Of a stretch of 64,000 nt of DNA, positions 45,833-55,845 are shown in pieces (the stretch's first letter is position 1; each line of letters opens with the position of its first letter). A program made the translations under genes and the position numbers. The notes beneath the pieces were generated by a model. It did not search any database, had not been told where the DNA came from, and saw nothing but the letters and a program-made list of their open reading frames with translations. The stretch covers positions 256,001 through 320,000 of the forward strand of contig CP084166.1 of NCBI GenBank assembly GCA_021513695.1, read 5' to 3'. The stretch is from Candidatus Heimdallarchaeum aukensis. GTDB taxonomy: Archaea; Asgardarchaeota; Heimdallarchaeia; Heimdallarchaeales; Heimdallarchaeaceae.

Positions 45833-47860
45833 TTGCAAATAGGAGAATTATTTAGATTTAACTATTATTTTGAAAATGATGCTGAAAATAAATTCTTTAA
45901 TAACATTTCTCCTAATATTTTAGAATTTGCAAATTTTATAGCAGAGAATTGGTCCGAAATAATAGAATCAAAACTTTCTCCTATCCATCAGAGTAGAATA
46001 GCATATGTTTTAAAAATATACAACTTCAAGGAAGAATTAGAACAATTATATTCTAAATACAAGAATCTATGGGTTGGGACTTATTATCTATGTTTTCTTA
46101 ACAAAGAAATGCGTTTGAAAGATGCACAAGAATTAATTTATTTTTTAGAATCGACTGTAAGTAATTTAGAGTTTTCTCCTTTTCTTTATTTCGATTATAC
46201 TATTGAAAAGATACAATTATACCTTAATAGCAATGAAATTGCGCTGATTAATTCACTAATACAAGAAGCAGAAACTATAATCAATAATGTAAAAGAGAAA
46301 TATCCTGAAAGGGTTATCGTTTATTATACTTCAATTCTAAACTATATTAAAGGAAAAGTTAACAATAAAGTAGGTAAGATTGTTAAAGCAAAAGATTTTT
46401 TTTCTCAAGCAATTAGTATTTTAGAAGATAAAGGTTTAGAAGATCAGTATTTATTAGGTTGTATTTTTTCAGATTTAGCATCAATTTTGTTTTATTTCGA
46501 TTTAGATGAAGCTGAAATTCTTTATAGAAAAAGTTTCAATATTTTTGAATTATTGGGAATAGAAAAAAACCAAAATATTGAGAGAGCAAATTTAGCTTAT
46601 TTGAGGTTTCATAAAGGATATGTAGATGAAAGTCTGGATATCTTGATTGAATCAATGTATTACTTTGAAAAAAAGTTTGATGCTCAAAATCTATTTAAAA
46701 TATATTTATTCCTTAGTGAGGATTTCTTAATATTGAAACATTATGAGAATTCAAAATCATATTTGATGAAATCTTTACAACTAATGGAACAATTAAATTT
46801 TGAAGAAAGTCAACTTTATATCACTGCTCTAGATTATTATTTAGCAACTAACAATGAAAGAGAAGCTGAGATATACCTTAATTTATTCAAAAATTTTATA
46901 GAAAGAGTTCAAGATTCTGAAGAAGATTCAAAATATGTTTTTGAATACTGTTTAAGAATGGCTCAATTTGAATTATTAAAAGAGAATATTTGGAATGCTG
47001 AACAACTACTAATAACAAAATTTGTTTGTGATACGAACATAAAGAGCAACTATTTTCTTCTTAAAAGAAATTCTATTTTAATTGAAGTATATCTTCTAAA
47101 ATTCAGGATTTCTGATGAAAAAAATACAATTATTAATAACATTGTCCATCTCTTTAAGGATAGTCATAATGTTTTAAAGAGATATTTTAGTCTCTTTCAG
47201 TGGATTTATTATACTACACAAGTTTCTCAATTTTTCATAATTATAGACTTTGAGGAGAAAGCAGATACTTTTTTCTACAAAATCAAGGAATCATTAGCTA
47301 AATTTAATATCTCTGACTCAATTTTACTTCAAATTATTAATAATATTGAAGTTGAACTCTTTACAAAATATGACAAGAAAAGCAATCAAGTTATAAAATT
47401 AGTGAATAGTTATCCTTATGAAGTAGAACATTTAGAACTCACAGAAATTGACTTTTTTGAGATGATACAAACTTTTACTCCTTTAAGAGAAAATTTGCTA
47501 ATTTTACAAATTATCGATTTAACTAAAGAAAAAGTACTTTTTTCTTATAATTTTATTGAAGAAAATGGTTTCCTTTCAAACGAGTTATTAGGAGGAATGG
47601 TTTCTCTAATCCTTAAAATATCAAGAGAGATTCCAATAGAAAAAACTAATACCAATTATAATAACTGCCGATTTGTTTCTAATTCTGGATTCTTTGCTAC
47701 AATTTTTCCAATGGAGAATTATTCTTTTTCTTTAATATCTAATTTTTATACACACGATGGTAAATCACGATTGATAAATTATGCAATGGATGTTCATCCT
47801 ATACTTAAAAAAGAAGGATCAAATGAAACTATTTTTAAGAAGATTCAAGAACATTTTTAA
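45833..47860 (+). CDS. hypothetical protein (helical repeat-like)
   Basis: 675-aa ORF, helical, Tyr/Leu/Phe-rich. No catalytic motifs. Confidence 0.35.
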   Translation: MQIGELFRFNYYFENDAENKFFNNISPNILEFANFIAENWSEIIESKLSPIHQSRIAYVLKIYNFKEELEQLYSKYKNLWVGTYYLCFLNKEMRLKDAQELIYFLESTVSNLEFSPFLYFDYTIEKIQLYLNSNEIALINSLIQEAETIINNVKEKYPERVIVYYTSILNYIKGKVNNKVGKIVKAKDFFSQAISILEDKGLEDQYLLGCIFSDLASILFYFDLDEAEILYRKSFNIFELLGIEKNQNIERANLAYLRFHKGYVDESLDILIESMYYFEKKFDAQNLFKIYLFLSEDFLILKHYENSKSYLMKSLQLMEQLNFEESQLYITALDYYLATNNEREAEIYLNLFKNFIERVQDSEEDSKYVFEYCLRMAQFELLKENIWNAEQLLITKFVCDTNIKSNYFLLKRNSILIEVYLLKFRISDEKNTIINNIVHLFKDSHNVLKRYFSLFQWIYYTTQVSQFFIIIDFEEKADTFFYKIKESLAKFNISDSILLQIINNIEVELFTKYDKKSNQVIKLVNSYPYEVEHLELTEIDFFEMIQTFTPLRENLLILQIIDLTKEKVLFSYNFIEENGFLSNELLGGMVSLILKISREIPIEKTNTNYNNCRFVSNSGFFATIFPMENYSFSLISNFYTHDGKSRLINYAMDVHPILKKEGSNETIFKKIQEHF

Positions 47861-47882
47861 TTTAAATCGTTTTTTAAAGGAT

Positions 47883-49574
47883 ATGAGTTTAGCAATTGAC
47901 ATTTTGTTAATATTACTACCATTTCTAATAGCTTCTATCTTGCTTGTGAAATTTAAGTGGAAGGCAGACACTACAGGAACACTGATATTTGTATTATTTT
48001 TGGTTCTCTCTATTTTTTACTTTAAAACAAATTGGAAAATAGCCTTTCTTACTTCTATTGCTGGATTAGCAAAGAGTTTTCCCATTAGTTTGATGGTTTT
48101 AACGAGCATCTTGATGATGACCTATATGGAAAAAACAGGAGCTCTTGCAAAAGTAGTTGTTTCATTCAAAAAAATAGGTGGAGGAAATAAAGCTTTTCAG
48201 ATTATGATAATTAATCTCTCATTCGGTACATTTCTTGTTTCAATTGGAGCAACACCAGTAACTATGCTTCCTCCAGTTTTAGCAGCAATGGGTTATAGCG
48301 CCTTTGCAGCTGTAGCTCTACCTTCTATAGGTTATGATCCTCTGTGTACATACGCTTTGCTTGCTGTTCCTGCTGTATTCTTTGCTGAATTTATGAATAT
48401 CCCCTTGACAGAATCTGGATTAGCTTTTAGTTATTATATGCCCTTGGTTTCTTTAGGAATAGCTTTAGGTATGCTTTATCTCGCAGGAGGAAAAGACTTA
48501 CTTTTTAGTAAGGATGGGTTCATTTTTGGGATTGTAGGAGGGTTAACTACTGGTGGTTCAGCCATTCTATCGAATTATTTTGGAATTGTTAAACTTACAG
48601 GAGTCGTTTCAGGTTTAATTACTGCAGTAGTTTTAGTAATTTTAGCTTTAATTAAAAAAGTAAAAATAATTGATAATAGCATAATTACAGAAGAAGAAAA
48701 GAAGATAGATCAATCAATGTCTTTAGTAAAAGCGATGTTTCCATGGATTTTACTAATTCTTTTCGTAGCACTTGTCAACTTTATACCTTTTCTTGCAGAC
48801 TTGTTTCATAACCAATTGCCTTTTACATTTAGAATAGGCGAAATTGTTATTTCAACAAGATTTCTTGAGCAAGCTTACTTTTGGGTACTTGTTGCTACAA
48901 TTTTGTCTATACCTATTTTAGGATGGAAAAAAGAACAACTTCTTCAAACTACCAAGAAATGGATAAAAAGAAGTTATCGTCCTGTTTATGCTGCAGCTAT
49001 TTATTTTTCAGTTGCTTTTCTAATGATTTATTCTGGTTATATCTTTCAAAATAATTCTTGGTACAAAATTGCTGAAAATAACATCATATATATCTTAGCA
49101 ACTACATCTGCAAAAGCTTTTGGAAAATTCTATCCATTAATTGTTCCTTTTATAGGCCTGTTAGGTGGCTTTGTAAGTGGATCTGAAACTTCATCAATAG
49201 CTATGTTCACACTCTTACACAAAACAGCCTCAGAGCAAATTGGATTAATTGCAATTGCTGTAGGAACTGCTAATGGTGTAGGAGGAGGGTTAGCTTCTGT
49301 TCTATCTCCTGCAAAAATACAAAATGCTGCAGCTGTAATAGATGAAGTAGGAATTGAAGGAGAAGTGATTAAAAAAAGTGCACCAATTGCGCTCTTAATG
49401 ACTCTTTCTGTAGCGACTTTAAGCTTATGCTGGGCTAACAGTTATATCTGGTGGAAATGGATAATTGCGTTCAGTATCTATTCTTTAATCATAGTATTTT
49501 CATTCTTACTTATTTTTTATAAAGAAAGGTTAAAATCGCTTCTTTTTACTAAAAAAAATCGTCAAAGAAAATAA
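47883..49574 (+). CDS. polytopic membrane transporter (family uncertain; possibly LctP/GntP-like permease)
   Basis: About 12 or more hydrophobic helices. Gly-rich loops GGLTTGGSAILSNYFG and GTANGVGGGLASVLSPAK. The ORF-track start at 47781 overlaps the upstream gene; the ATG at 47883 (MSLAIDILL) is preferred. Confidence 0.45.
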   Translation: MSLAIDILLILLPFLIASILLVKFKWKADTTGTLIFVLFLVLSIFYFKTNWKIAFLTSIAGLAKSFPISLMVLTSILMMTYMEKTGALAKVVVSFKKIGGGNKAFQIMIINLSFGTFLVSIGATPVTMLPPVLAAMGYSAFAAVALPSIGYDPLCTYALLAVPAVFFAEFMNIPLTESGLAFSYYMPLVSLGIALGMLYLAGGKDLLFSKDGFIFGIVGGLTTGGSAILSNYFGIVKLTGVVSGLITAVVLVILALIKKVKIIDNSIITEEEKKIDQSMSLVKAMFPWILLILFVALVNFIPFLADLFHNQLPFTFRIGEIVISTRFLEQAYFWVLVATILSIPILGWKKEQLLQTTKKWIKRSYRPVYAAAIYFSVAFLMIYSGYIFQNNSWYKIAENNIIYILATTSAKAFGKFYPLIVPFIGLLGGFVSGSETSSIAMFTLLHKTASEQIGLIAIAVGTANGVGGGLASVLSPAKIQNAAAVIDEVGIEGEVIKKSAPIALLMTLSVATLSLCWANSYIWWKWIIAFSIYSLIIVFSFLLIFYKERLKSLLFTKKNRQRK

Positions 49575-49680
49575 TTTTACTTTTCTTTTTTCTTTTTTTT
49601 TTCCTTATTTTAATTATTGTGGATATCTAAAAATATATATAAATAAGTAAAAATTTCTAATTATAAAGCGATTTTACTTC

Positions 49681-50283
49681 GTGAATATTATGACCTTAGA
49701 ACAATGCAATGTCGGCGATGTGATAAACTACTTACTTCAACAGCAATTATTTAAAGAACCTTTTTACCTAATTGATAGAACTTCAAAGAAGCAAATGAAA
49801 ATAACTTGTAGTTCAAAAATAATTGAGAAAATGTATGAAAAGATTTTTTCTATTTCAAAGTTGTGGGAAGAAAGAGGAGAAATTGATTTTATTGAATCGC
49901 TAACCAATATTTTAGGAATTGAGTTTGAAGAAGTTTATTCGATTTATAAAATTAAGTCAGAAGCTTTAGACGATCGCGAAGAAGCAGAATGCTTGAGATT
50001 TATGTTTGCATTATCTGAGTCTATACATCTCTTTCAAAAGAAAGCGATTGAAGAAGCTCATTTTCAAATATTAAAAAAATTTGATTTTGATAAAGAAGTT
50101 TTAAATCAAGTTTTGGGGATACTAAGTCAAAATGCAGATCAAGACCTATCAATTTATCAAAATTTCTATATTCTAAAGAAGTATTCAGACATCGTAAACA
50201 TCAAATTGGAACAAGTTATTATTTCGAAGGTTTTTAATAAAATTGTAAAAAAAGTGGAAAAATCTTATAAAAAGATGGAGTGA
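49681..50283 (+). CDS. hypothetical protein
   Basis: 200-aa acidic helical ORF. Confidence 0.3.
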   Translation: MNIMTLEQCNVGDVINYLLQQQLFKEPFYLIDRTSKKQMKITCSSKIIEKMYEKIFSISKLWEERGEIDFIESLTNILGIEFEEVYSIYKIKSEALDDREEAECLRFMFALSESIHLFQKKAIEEAHFQILKKFDFDKEVLNQVLGILSQNADQDLSIYQNFYILKKYSDIVNIKLEQVIISKVFNKIVKKVEKSYKKME

Positions 50284-50446
50284 AAGTAAAAAATTCTTTT
50301 TTTATTATCTCGTTGTTAGTACAAGATTAAAATACTAAGATAATGTTAAGAGAAGAAAAACAAGGAAATTGTATCAAATAAAAGCTACATTACAATGAAT
50401 TTTGGAAAAACTTTTTTAACATGCAAACTATTGAAAAGCGATAGAT

Positions 50447-51790
50447 TTGAACTCATCATTTGATGTTATTATTATTGGAGCTGGTCCTGCAGGATTGATT
50501 CTTGCTTACTCTTTAGGTAAAAATAGATTAAAAGCTCTACTTATAGAACAAAAACCAATGGAATTAATCGGAGAAAAAACATGTGGAGACGCTCTTGGCT
50601 TTGACAGAACAGAGGAACTTAAAGATCTTATTCAAATAGAAGAACCAAACCCAGAAGTTATTTGTGCGATACTTGAAACAGCTCATCTTTCTTCTGAAAA
50701 TAAGTTTGAGATAAGTATACCTTTTCAATGTAGAACAATTAACAGATTAAAGTATGGTCAACAATTGTTAAAAAATATACAACAATTTTCAACTGTTTCT
50801 ATATTGACAGAAACAAAGGTTGTTGAGCCAATTATTACAAATGATAAACTAGAAGGAGTAGTCATCAGAAATAAAGAAGGAAAGAAAAGCAAGTTTTATG
50901 CTAAAATAATAGTAGATTGTTCTGGATATACTGCAATAATAAGAAAACAGCTTCCTAGTAATTTATTTCCTAAAATAAATCAAGTAGGTAGAGAAGAAAC
51001 TATTGTTTCATGTCGAGAAATTATTCAAACAAAAGAAGAACATTCTTTTCAAAAGCAAATGAGAATAGAGTTACATCCTGAGCTTCCTCCTCCTGGTTAT
51101 TTCTGGATTTTTTCAAAAGGTAAAAAGAAGTTGAACATAGGGGTAGGTTGGTTAATTAATGAACAAAATAAGAAAATTAAACCCAGTGTCATACTTGAAA
51201 AAATAAGGAAAAAGATTTTCCCAGAATGTACAGTTATTAAACATGATACTGATTTACTCCCAGGACGGTTACCTCTGTATTCGATGGTTGGAGACAATTT
51301 TATTGTTTGTGGAGATGCAGCTGCTCTAGCTAACCCTATTAACGGAGAAGGACATGGGCCAGCTTTAATATCTGGATATTATGCTGCCAGTACAATTATT
51401 TCAGCATTAGAAAGAGAAGATTTTTCAGAAAGATCTTTATGGAAATATAATGTTGAGATTTGGAAGAAATTTGGTTATTTAGGTAGTATGGGAATAGCTA
51501 TTCATAAATTTTTAAAGAAATACCCAATATCAGATTTTGAATACTTATTTACTAATGGTATCATAACTCAAGAAGATGTTAATAATATTCTTTACGATCT
51601 TGGTTATAAGCCTTCTATTTTTAATAAATTCATAAAAGCAATGAAGAGACCTAAACTTATGCTTAGGTTAGTAAGAATGATTTTAATTGCAAGAAAAATA
51701 GAAAAATTATGCCTTTCTTATCCAACAGAAGAAAAAGATTTCAATAAATGGAAAAGAAAAATGGTTAAACTAGAATTAAGAGAGTTGTAG
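50447..51790 (+). CDS. geranylgeranyl reductase family FAD-dependent oxidoreductase
   Basis: 447 aa. N-terminal FAD dinucleotide-binding motif DVIIIGAGPAGLILAYSLG. Internal GD motif CGDAAALANPINGEG. The TCGDALG segment is typical of archaeal GGR. Confidence 0.65.
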   Translation: MNSSFDVIIIGAGPAGLILAYSLGKNRLKALLIEQKPMELIGEKTCGDALGFDRTEELKDLIQIEEPNPEVICAILETAHLSSENKFEISIPFQCRTINRLKYGQQLLKNIQQFSTVSILTETKVVEPIITNDKLEGVVIRNKEGKKSKFYAKIIVDCSGYTAIIRKQLPSNLFPKINQVGREETIVSCREIIQTKEEHSFQKQMRIELHPELPPPGYFWIFSKGKKKLNIGVGWLINEQNKKIKPSVILEKIRKKIFPECTVIKHDTDLLPGRLPLYSMVGDNFIVCGDAAALANPINGEGHGPALISGYYAASTIISALEREDFSERSLWKYNVEIWKKFGYLGSMGIAIHKFLKKYPISDFEYLFTNGIITQEDVNNILYDLGYKPSIFNKFIKAMKRPKLMLRLVRMILIARKIEKLCLSYPTEEKDFNKWKRKMVKLELREL

Positions 51791-51808
51791 TTCAGCTGTT
51801 CTTGAGTT

Positions 51809-52678
51809 TTATTTATTTCTCTCTACTATTTTTTTTTCTAATATATCAGCGATTTGTTGAATCGATAAGTGAAGTTCGGAACCTTCAGGAGCAAAATAAT
51901 TACCATTTATAGTTCGATTGTTGATTTCGTCAGAATATCGAATTTCCTTTAGAAATTCTATTTTTTTAGGTTTATACACTTCAATTATTTCCTTTTTCCA
52001 TTTTTCTAATATCTTCTCAACCTCTGGTTCTTTATCAAAAGGAGTTTGATTATAAATGAAATAAGTAGAAGGTTTTTTTGTTTTTGCAGATGATAAAACA
52101 TCAATTTCTCTATACATTTTTTTTAACATATATTTTGCCCCTTTAAAGCTAAAAGTACTTGGTCTGAGAATAAATAAATTAATATCACTAACACATAATG
52201 CGTAAAGACTTTCTATTTTCCACCCTGGTGTACAATCAAAAACTATACAATCATAACCATTCTTTTTTACAGTATTAACAAATTCTATTAATCTAAAAAA
52301 AGCATTGTCTTGAATCTCTTTCATCAAATTTAGGAGACCTGAACCGAATTCAACTTCTTCTTTGGAAACAATTACATCTAAGTTTTCTATATTAGTATAA
52401 CTAACATTATTTTTATTAAAATTCTTGTTCCCAAGCAATATATCATTAATAGTTAATTTAATTTCTTCTTTTGAGATATTAAATACATGTTGAGCAGTTC
52501 CTCCTCCTATGTCTAAATCCACAAAAAGAGTTTTTTTGTTTCTTTTTGCAAATTCTAAAGCTAAGTTAACTGAAATAGTTGTTTTTCCGGGGCCACCCTT
52601 TTGACTATGAACAGCAATAACGCTAATACGTGATCTAGGTTGATTTTCAACATCCCACTTGAATTCGCTAAGTTCCAT
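51809..52678 (-). CDS. ParA/MinD-family (SIMIBI) ATPase
   Basis: 289 aa. Deviant Walker A IAVHSQKGGPGKTTISVNLA. Walker B LFVDLDIGGG... and CIVFDCTPG. Confidence 0.7.
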   Translation of the reverse strand: MELSEFKWDVENQPRSRISVIAVHSQKGGPGKTTISVNLALEFAKRNKKTLFVDLDIGGGTAQHVFNISKEEIKLTINDILLGNKNFNKNNVSYTNIENLDVIVSKEEVEFGSGLLNLMKEIQDNAFFRLIEFVNTVKKNGYDCIVFDCTPGWKIESLYALCVSDINLFILRPSTFSFKGAKYMLKKMYREIDVLSSAKTKKPSTYFIYNQTPFDKEPEVEKILEKWKKEIIEVYKPKKIEFLKEIRYSDEINNRTINGNYFAPEGSELHLSIQQIADILEKKIVERNK

Positions 52679-52956
52679 CGTCGCTCAATAAAATATATAG
52701 AATTGACTTTTTAAAGTTATTTAGACATTTTTTGCTTTTTATAACTTGCTTATTATAAAAAAATAAACAATTTTTATAACCAAAATTTCAAAAATTGTGA
52801 AATTATAACAGTAATATTTATCTGTTGAAAAAACTTATTTCATTTAGATGTTTGACCCCTCTAAAGTTGAAAAGATGAAAAAAAAAATTAAGTAATATTA
52901 ACTTTTCTTCGCTTCAAGACCTTAAAAACGAAGAAATCGATGAAATTTATGAAATT

Positions 52957-54552
52957 TTGTTCTTTCTTAACTATAATGAGCGAAGCTCTGAGTTGTTTCA
53001 ATTATACAAAGAATTTCACAAATTTATTAATAATAATAATGTTTACAAAGAGAAGTCTTACATCATAAAGTATTTTCTTCTCTTAAATAACCTATATTCG
53101 CAAGCTATGTTTTTTGATCCTTCTTTACTAAATATCCTGTCAAAAGAAATAGAACAAATATCATCAAAAAGCAAAAATATTCTTGAAATCCAAGCTTTAA
53201 AATGCCGTATTGATGCTGTTGTTCTAAAGATGCAAAAAAAATTAGACCTTTCAGCCGAAAAAATTAAAGAATCATTCCGAATTGCTAAAAAGTTTAAGAA
53301 AAGTAATAGAGATATATTCTATGATATAGCTTTTTCATACCTTTCTTTCTATCCTGAGTTGATACGAAAGAATACAAAAACAGATCACTCATTCTGGAAA
53401 GAAGTTATTAATTATTTTTATAAAACAAATAAGATAAGGTCTTATTTAGTGATCAAATCTTTTTATATTCTATTTTTAATAAGACAAGCTCAAAATGATA
53501 AGGCTAAAAGCCTGATAGAAGAAGTTGAAAGAGAGAATATATTAGAAAAAGTCCATATCGAAATTAGAATAATGATAAGCTTCAGGATTGGTAAAAGTTA
53601 CTATTTATTAAAACAATATTCTCTTGCTGAAAAATACTTTGAACTTTCTTTTAAACTTCAGAAACAATCAAGACTTCTGTTTCATTATTATTTCTTTGCT
53701 CTAGAAAGTTTGAAGTTTCTAGCTCGTTCTGCTGTTTTTAAAGGAAATCTGGAAAAATCTATGAATTATTTGAAAGAATTATATCAAATACTTGCAAAAT
53801 TAAGGGGTAAAATTGAAGAAGAAACGTATGACTATTATTTTTATAAACTCTATTCTACTTTAAGATTTATTTACTATGTTATGGATAAAGACTTTTCAGA
53901 AGAAATATTCCCTAATCTAAAAGAGCAGCTGTCTAAAATAGTTAAAATAGAAGAATTCCTTTTTCTAAAAGACCAGAACTTAATAATCGAGTATTATGCA
54001 GAGAAAAATGATGAGTTGCAAAGTGCATATATTGAATCAGTGGTAGATCTACTTTTTGTTGACGATACCCCTAAAGAAGAAGTTGAAAAAAGATTATTAA
54101 AGCTACACGAAGCACTGAAAAAAAGAACTTTTACTCAAGAATTCTCCATAATAAATAAGCTAGAATCTTGTAAGATCCTTTTATCAAGAGGATTGTTTGA
54201 TTATTTCCATTCTCTGATTGAAGAGCTTGAAAGTGAAATCAAAAATACTGAAGTGATAATTTACAGAATACAATTCAAGATTTATAAACTAATTGACTTA
54301 TATCTGCAAGATAAAGCAAAAAACAAAGAAAGAGCATTACAAGGGTTATCTGAACTTGAAATTGAATGTAAGAAATTAAAGTTTATTAAAATAACTGAAG
54401 AAATAAAGATGTATAAGCTTCTTATTAATTCAGAGTATTTAGCAGAGAAACTTAAAGAAGAATTCATGAAAATTGCCTTACAAGAAGAATATGAAGAGCA
54501 ATCCAAACAATTGATACAAGAGTTCTCAAAAAATAAACAAAAAAAACTTTAG
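52957..54552 (+). CDS. hypothetical protein (helical, TPR-like)
   Basis: 531 aa, Tyr/Leu/Lys-rich helical repeats. No catalytic motifs. Confidence 0.35.
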   Translation: MFFLNYNERSSELFQLYKEFHKFINNNNVYKEKSYIIKYFLLLNNLYSQAMFFDPSLLNILSKEIEQISSKSKNILEIQALKCRIDAVVLKMQKKLDLSAEKIKESFRIAKKFKKSNRDIFYDIAFSYLSFYPELIRKNTKTDHSFWKEVINYFYKTNKIRSYLVIKSFYILFLIRQAQNDKAKSLIEEVERENILEKVHIEIRIMISFRIGKSYYLLKQYSLAEKYFELSFKLQKQSRLLFHYYFFALESLKFLARSAVFKGNLEKSMNYLKELYQILAKLRGKIEEETYDYYFYKLYSTLRFIYYVMDKDFSEEIFPNLKEQLSKIVKIEEFLFLKDQNLIIEYYAEKNDELQSAYIESVVDLLFVDDTPKEEVEKRLLKLHEALKKRTFTQEFSIINKLESCKILLSRGLFDYFHSLIEELESEIKNTEVIIYRIQFKIYKLIDLYLQDKAKNKERALQGLSELEIECKKLKFIKITEEIKMYKLLINSEYLAEKLKEEFMKIALQEEYEEQSKQLIQEFSKNKQKKL

Positions 54553-54566
54553 TCTTTTTTTTACAA
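54553..54566 (+). terminator. oligo-T tract immediately after the stop codon
   Basis: TAG followed by TCTTTTTTTTAC at 54553..54565. Confidence 0.3.
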
Positions 54567-54720
54567 AGAAATGAAACTGATGAATTTAAAAAAAAATCTT
54601 TAATTATTTTGTTATAATGGACATAAAAATAAGTCCTAATTTCAATTACAAATTATTTAAGTCTCCAATTTATGCTGATACTATCAAAAAATATATTTAT
54701 TAAAAATAACTAGTTATCTC

Positions 54721-55779
54721 ATGAAACTTAATAAACTAAATAAAAGAGCAGTTTCACCAGTTATTGCAGTTGTTTTATTAATCGCTTTAGTAACTGCAGC
54801 TGTAGCTATAGTATTTTTTGTAGTTTTGCCAATGGTTCAGGGAGATCCTCAACTAGTAGTCTTAAAAATCACTCCAAGTGATACAGATGGAGACAAAAGA
54901 GTTGATACACTGATTATAGATTACCAAAATCTTGGTTCAGGAGAAGCAGTTATTTCAAGTATAATTTTGTACAAGTATAACAATTCAATGGAATGGACAG
55001 TAGATAAAACACTTCCTTATTCTCTAAAATCTAACAAGAAAGACGTAATAACTTTAACTACTTCCGACCCTACCAAACAATTAAAATATCCTGATATCGC
55101 TTATCTTGAAACTACTTACAGCGATGGAATTCTTTTAAGAACAGATATAACAATAGATTCTAGTTTCTCTCCTGTTACTTTAATCTATTCTGAAGACTTC
55201 AACTCATACTCTGACGGATACTCTCCAACTGAATGGACATATTTCCTTGTAGCACAACATAGTCCTACAGGAACACATACTATTAATGATTGGCAAGTAC
55301 AAAGTGGTTCACTCAAAGTAATGGCAAATGATTGTACCTATATTGTTCTTAATTCAAGTACAGGTTATTATTATACTAACGTGAATATGAGCTTTGACCT
55401 TAAAGCAAATGATAACGACGAACTTGGAATCATCTTTAGGTGGCAAATGGACGGAGGAAAAGAAAAATACTACTTAGTAAGCTATACCAGAGATCATGGT
55501 TTATCTGATCACTTTGGAGGAGATAATCCTACAGATGGTTATGTAACTTTATCTTATGTTGAAGACAACACCATTACTGTAATTGATAGTGCTTCATTTA
55601 GCAGAAATGACAACAGTTGGTACAATTATCGATTAGTTACAGATGGTACATCGATAAAGGTATATATCAATGATGTACTCTATATTGACACTACAAGTTC
55701 TCTTTTATCTGGAGGATATATTGGTCTTGTATCAGCTGCAATGAATGGAGCAGAATTTGATAACATTCTTGTCTGGTAA
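54721..55779 (+). CDS. archaeal type IV pilin-like protein (class III signal peptide) with a C-terminal LamG/concanavalin-like jelly-roll domain
   Basis: N-terminus MKLNKLNKRAVSPVIAVVLLIALVTAAVAIVFFVV matches the archaeal prepilin/preflagellin signal ([KR][GA]-VSPVIA hydrophobic helix). The C-terminal 200 aa (WQVQSGSLKV...ELGIIFRWQ...YYLVSY...YNYRLVTDGTSIKVYINDVLY...GLVSAAMNGAEFDNILVW) resemble the LamG/DUF1080-type domains of the giant protein at 31474. Confidence 0.7.
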   Translation: MKLNKLNKRAVSPVIAVVLLIALVTAAVAIVFFVVLPMVQGDPQLVVLKITPSDTDGDKRVDTLIIDYQNLGSGEAVISSIILYKYNNSMEWTVDKTLPYSLKSNKKDVITLTTSDPTKQLKYPDIAYLETTYSDGILLRTDITIDSSFSPVTLIYSEDFNSYSDGYSPTEWTYFLVAQHSPTGTHTINDWQVQSGSLKVMANDCTYIVLNSSTGYYYTNVNMSFDLKANDNDELGIIFRWQMDGGKEKYYLVSYTRDHGLSDHFGGDNPTDGYVTLSYVEDNTITVIDSASFSRNDNSWYNYRLVTDGTSIKVYINDVLYIDTTSSLLSGGYIGLVSAAMNGAEFDNILVW

Positions 55780-55845
55780 ATTTCTTTTTCTATTTTTCTT
55801 TTTTTTATTTTCACACAAAAAATTAAAGAAAAAAAAGATAAATAA

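Noticed and set aside
47781-47882. N-terminal extension of the transporter ORF overlapping the upstream gene by 80 nt
   Set aside because: The extension is not hydrophobic and overlaps the preceding gene's 3' end. The ATG at 47883 followed by a hydrophobic helix is the more plausible start.
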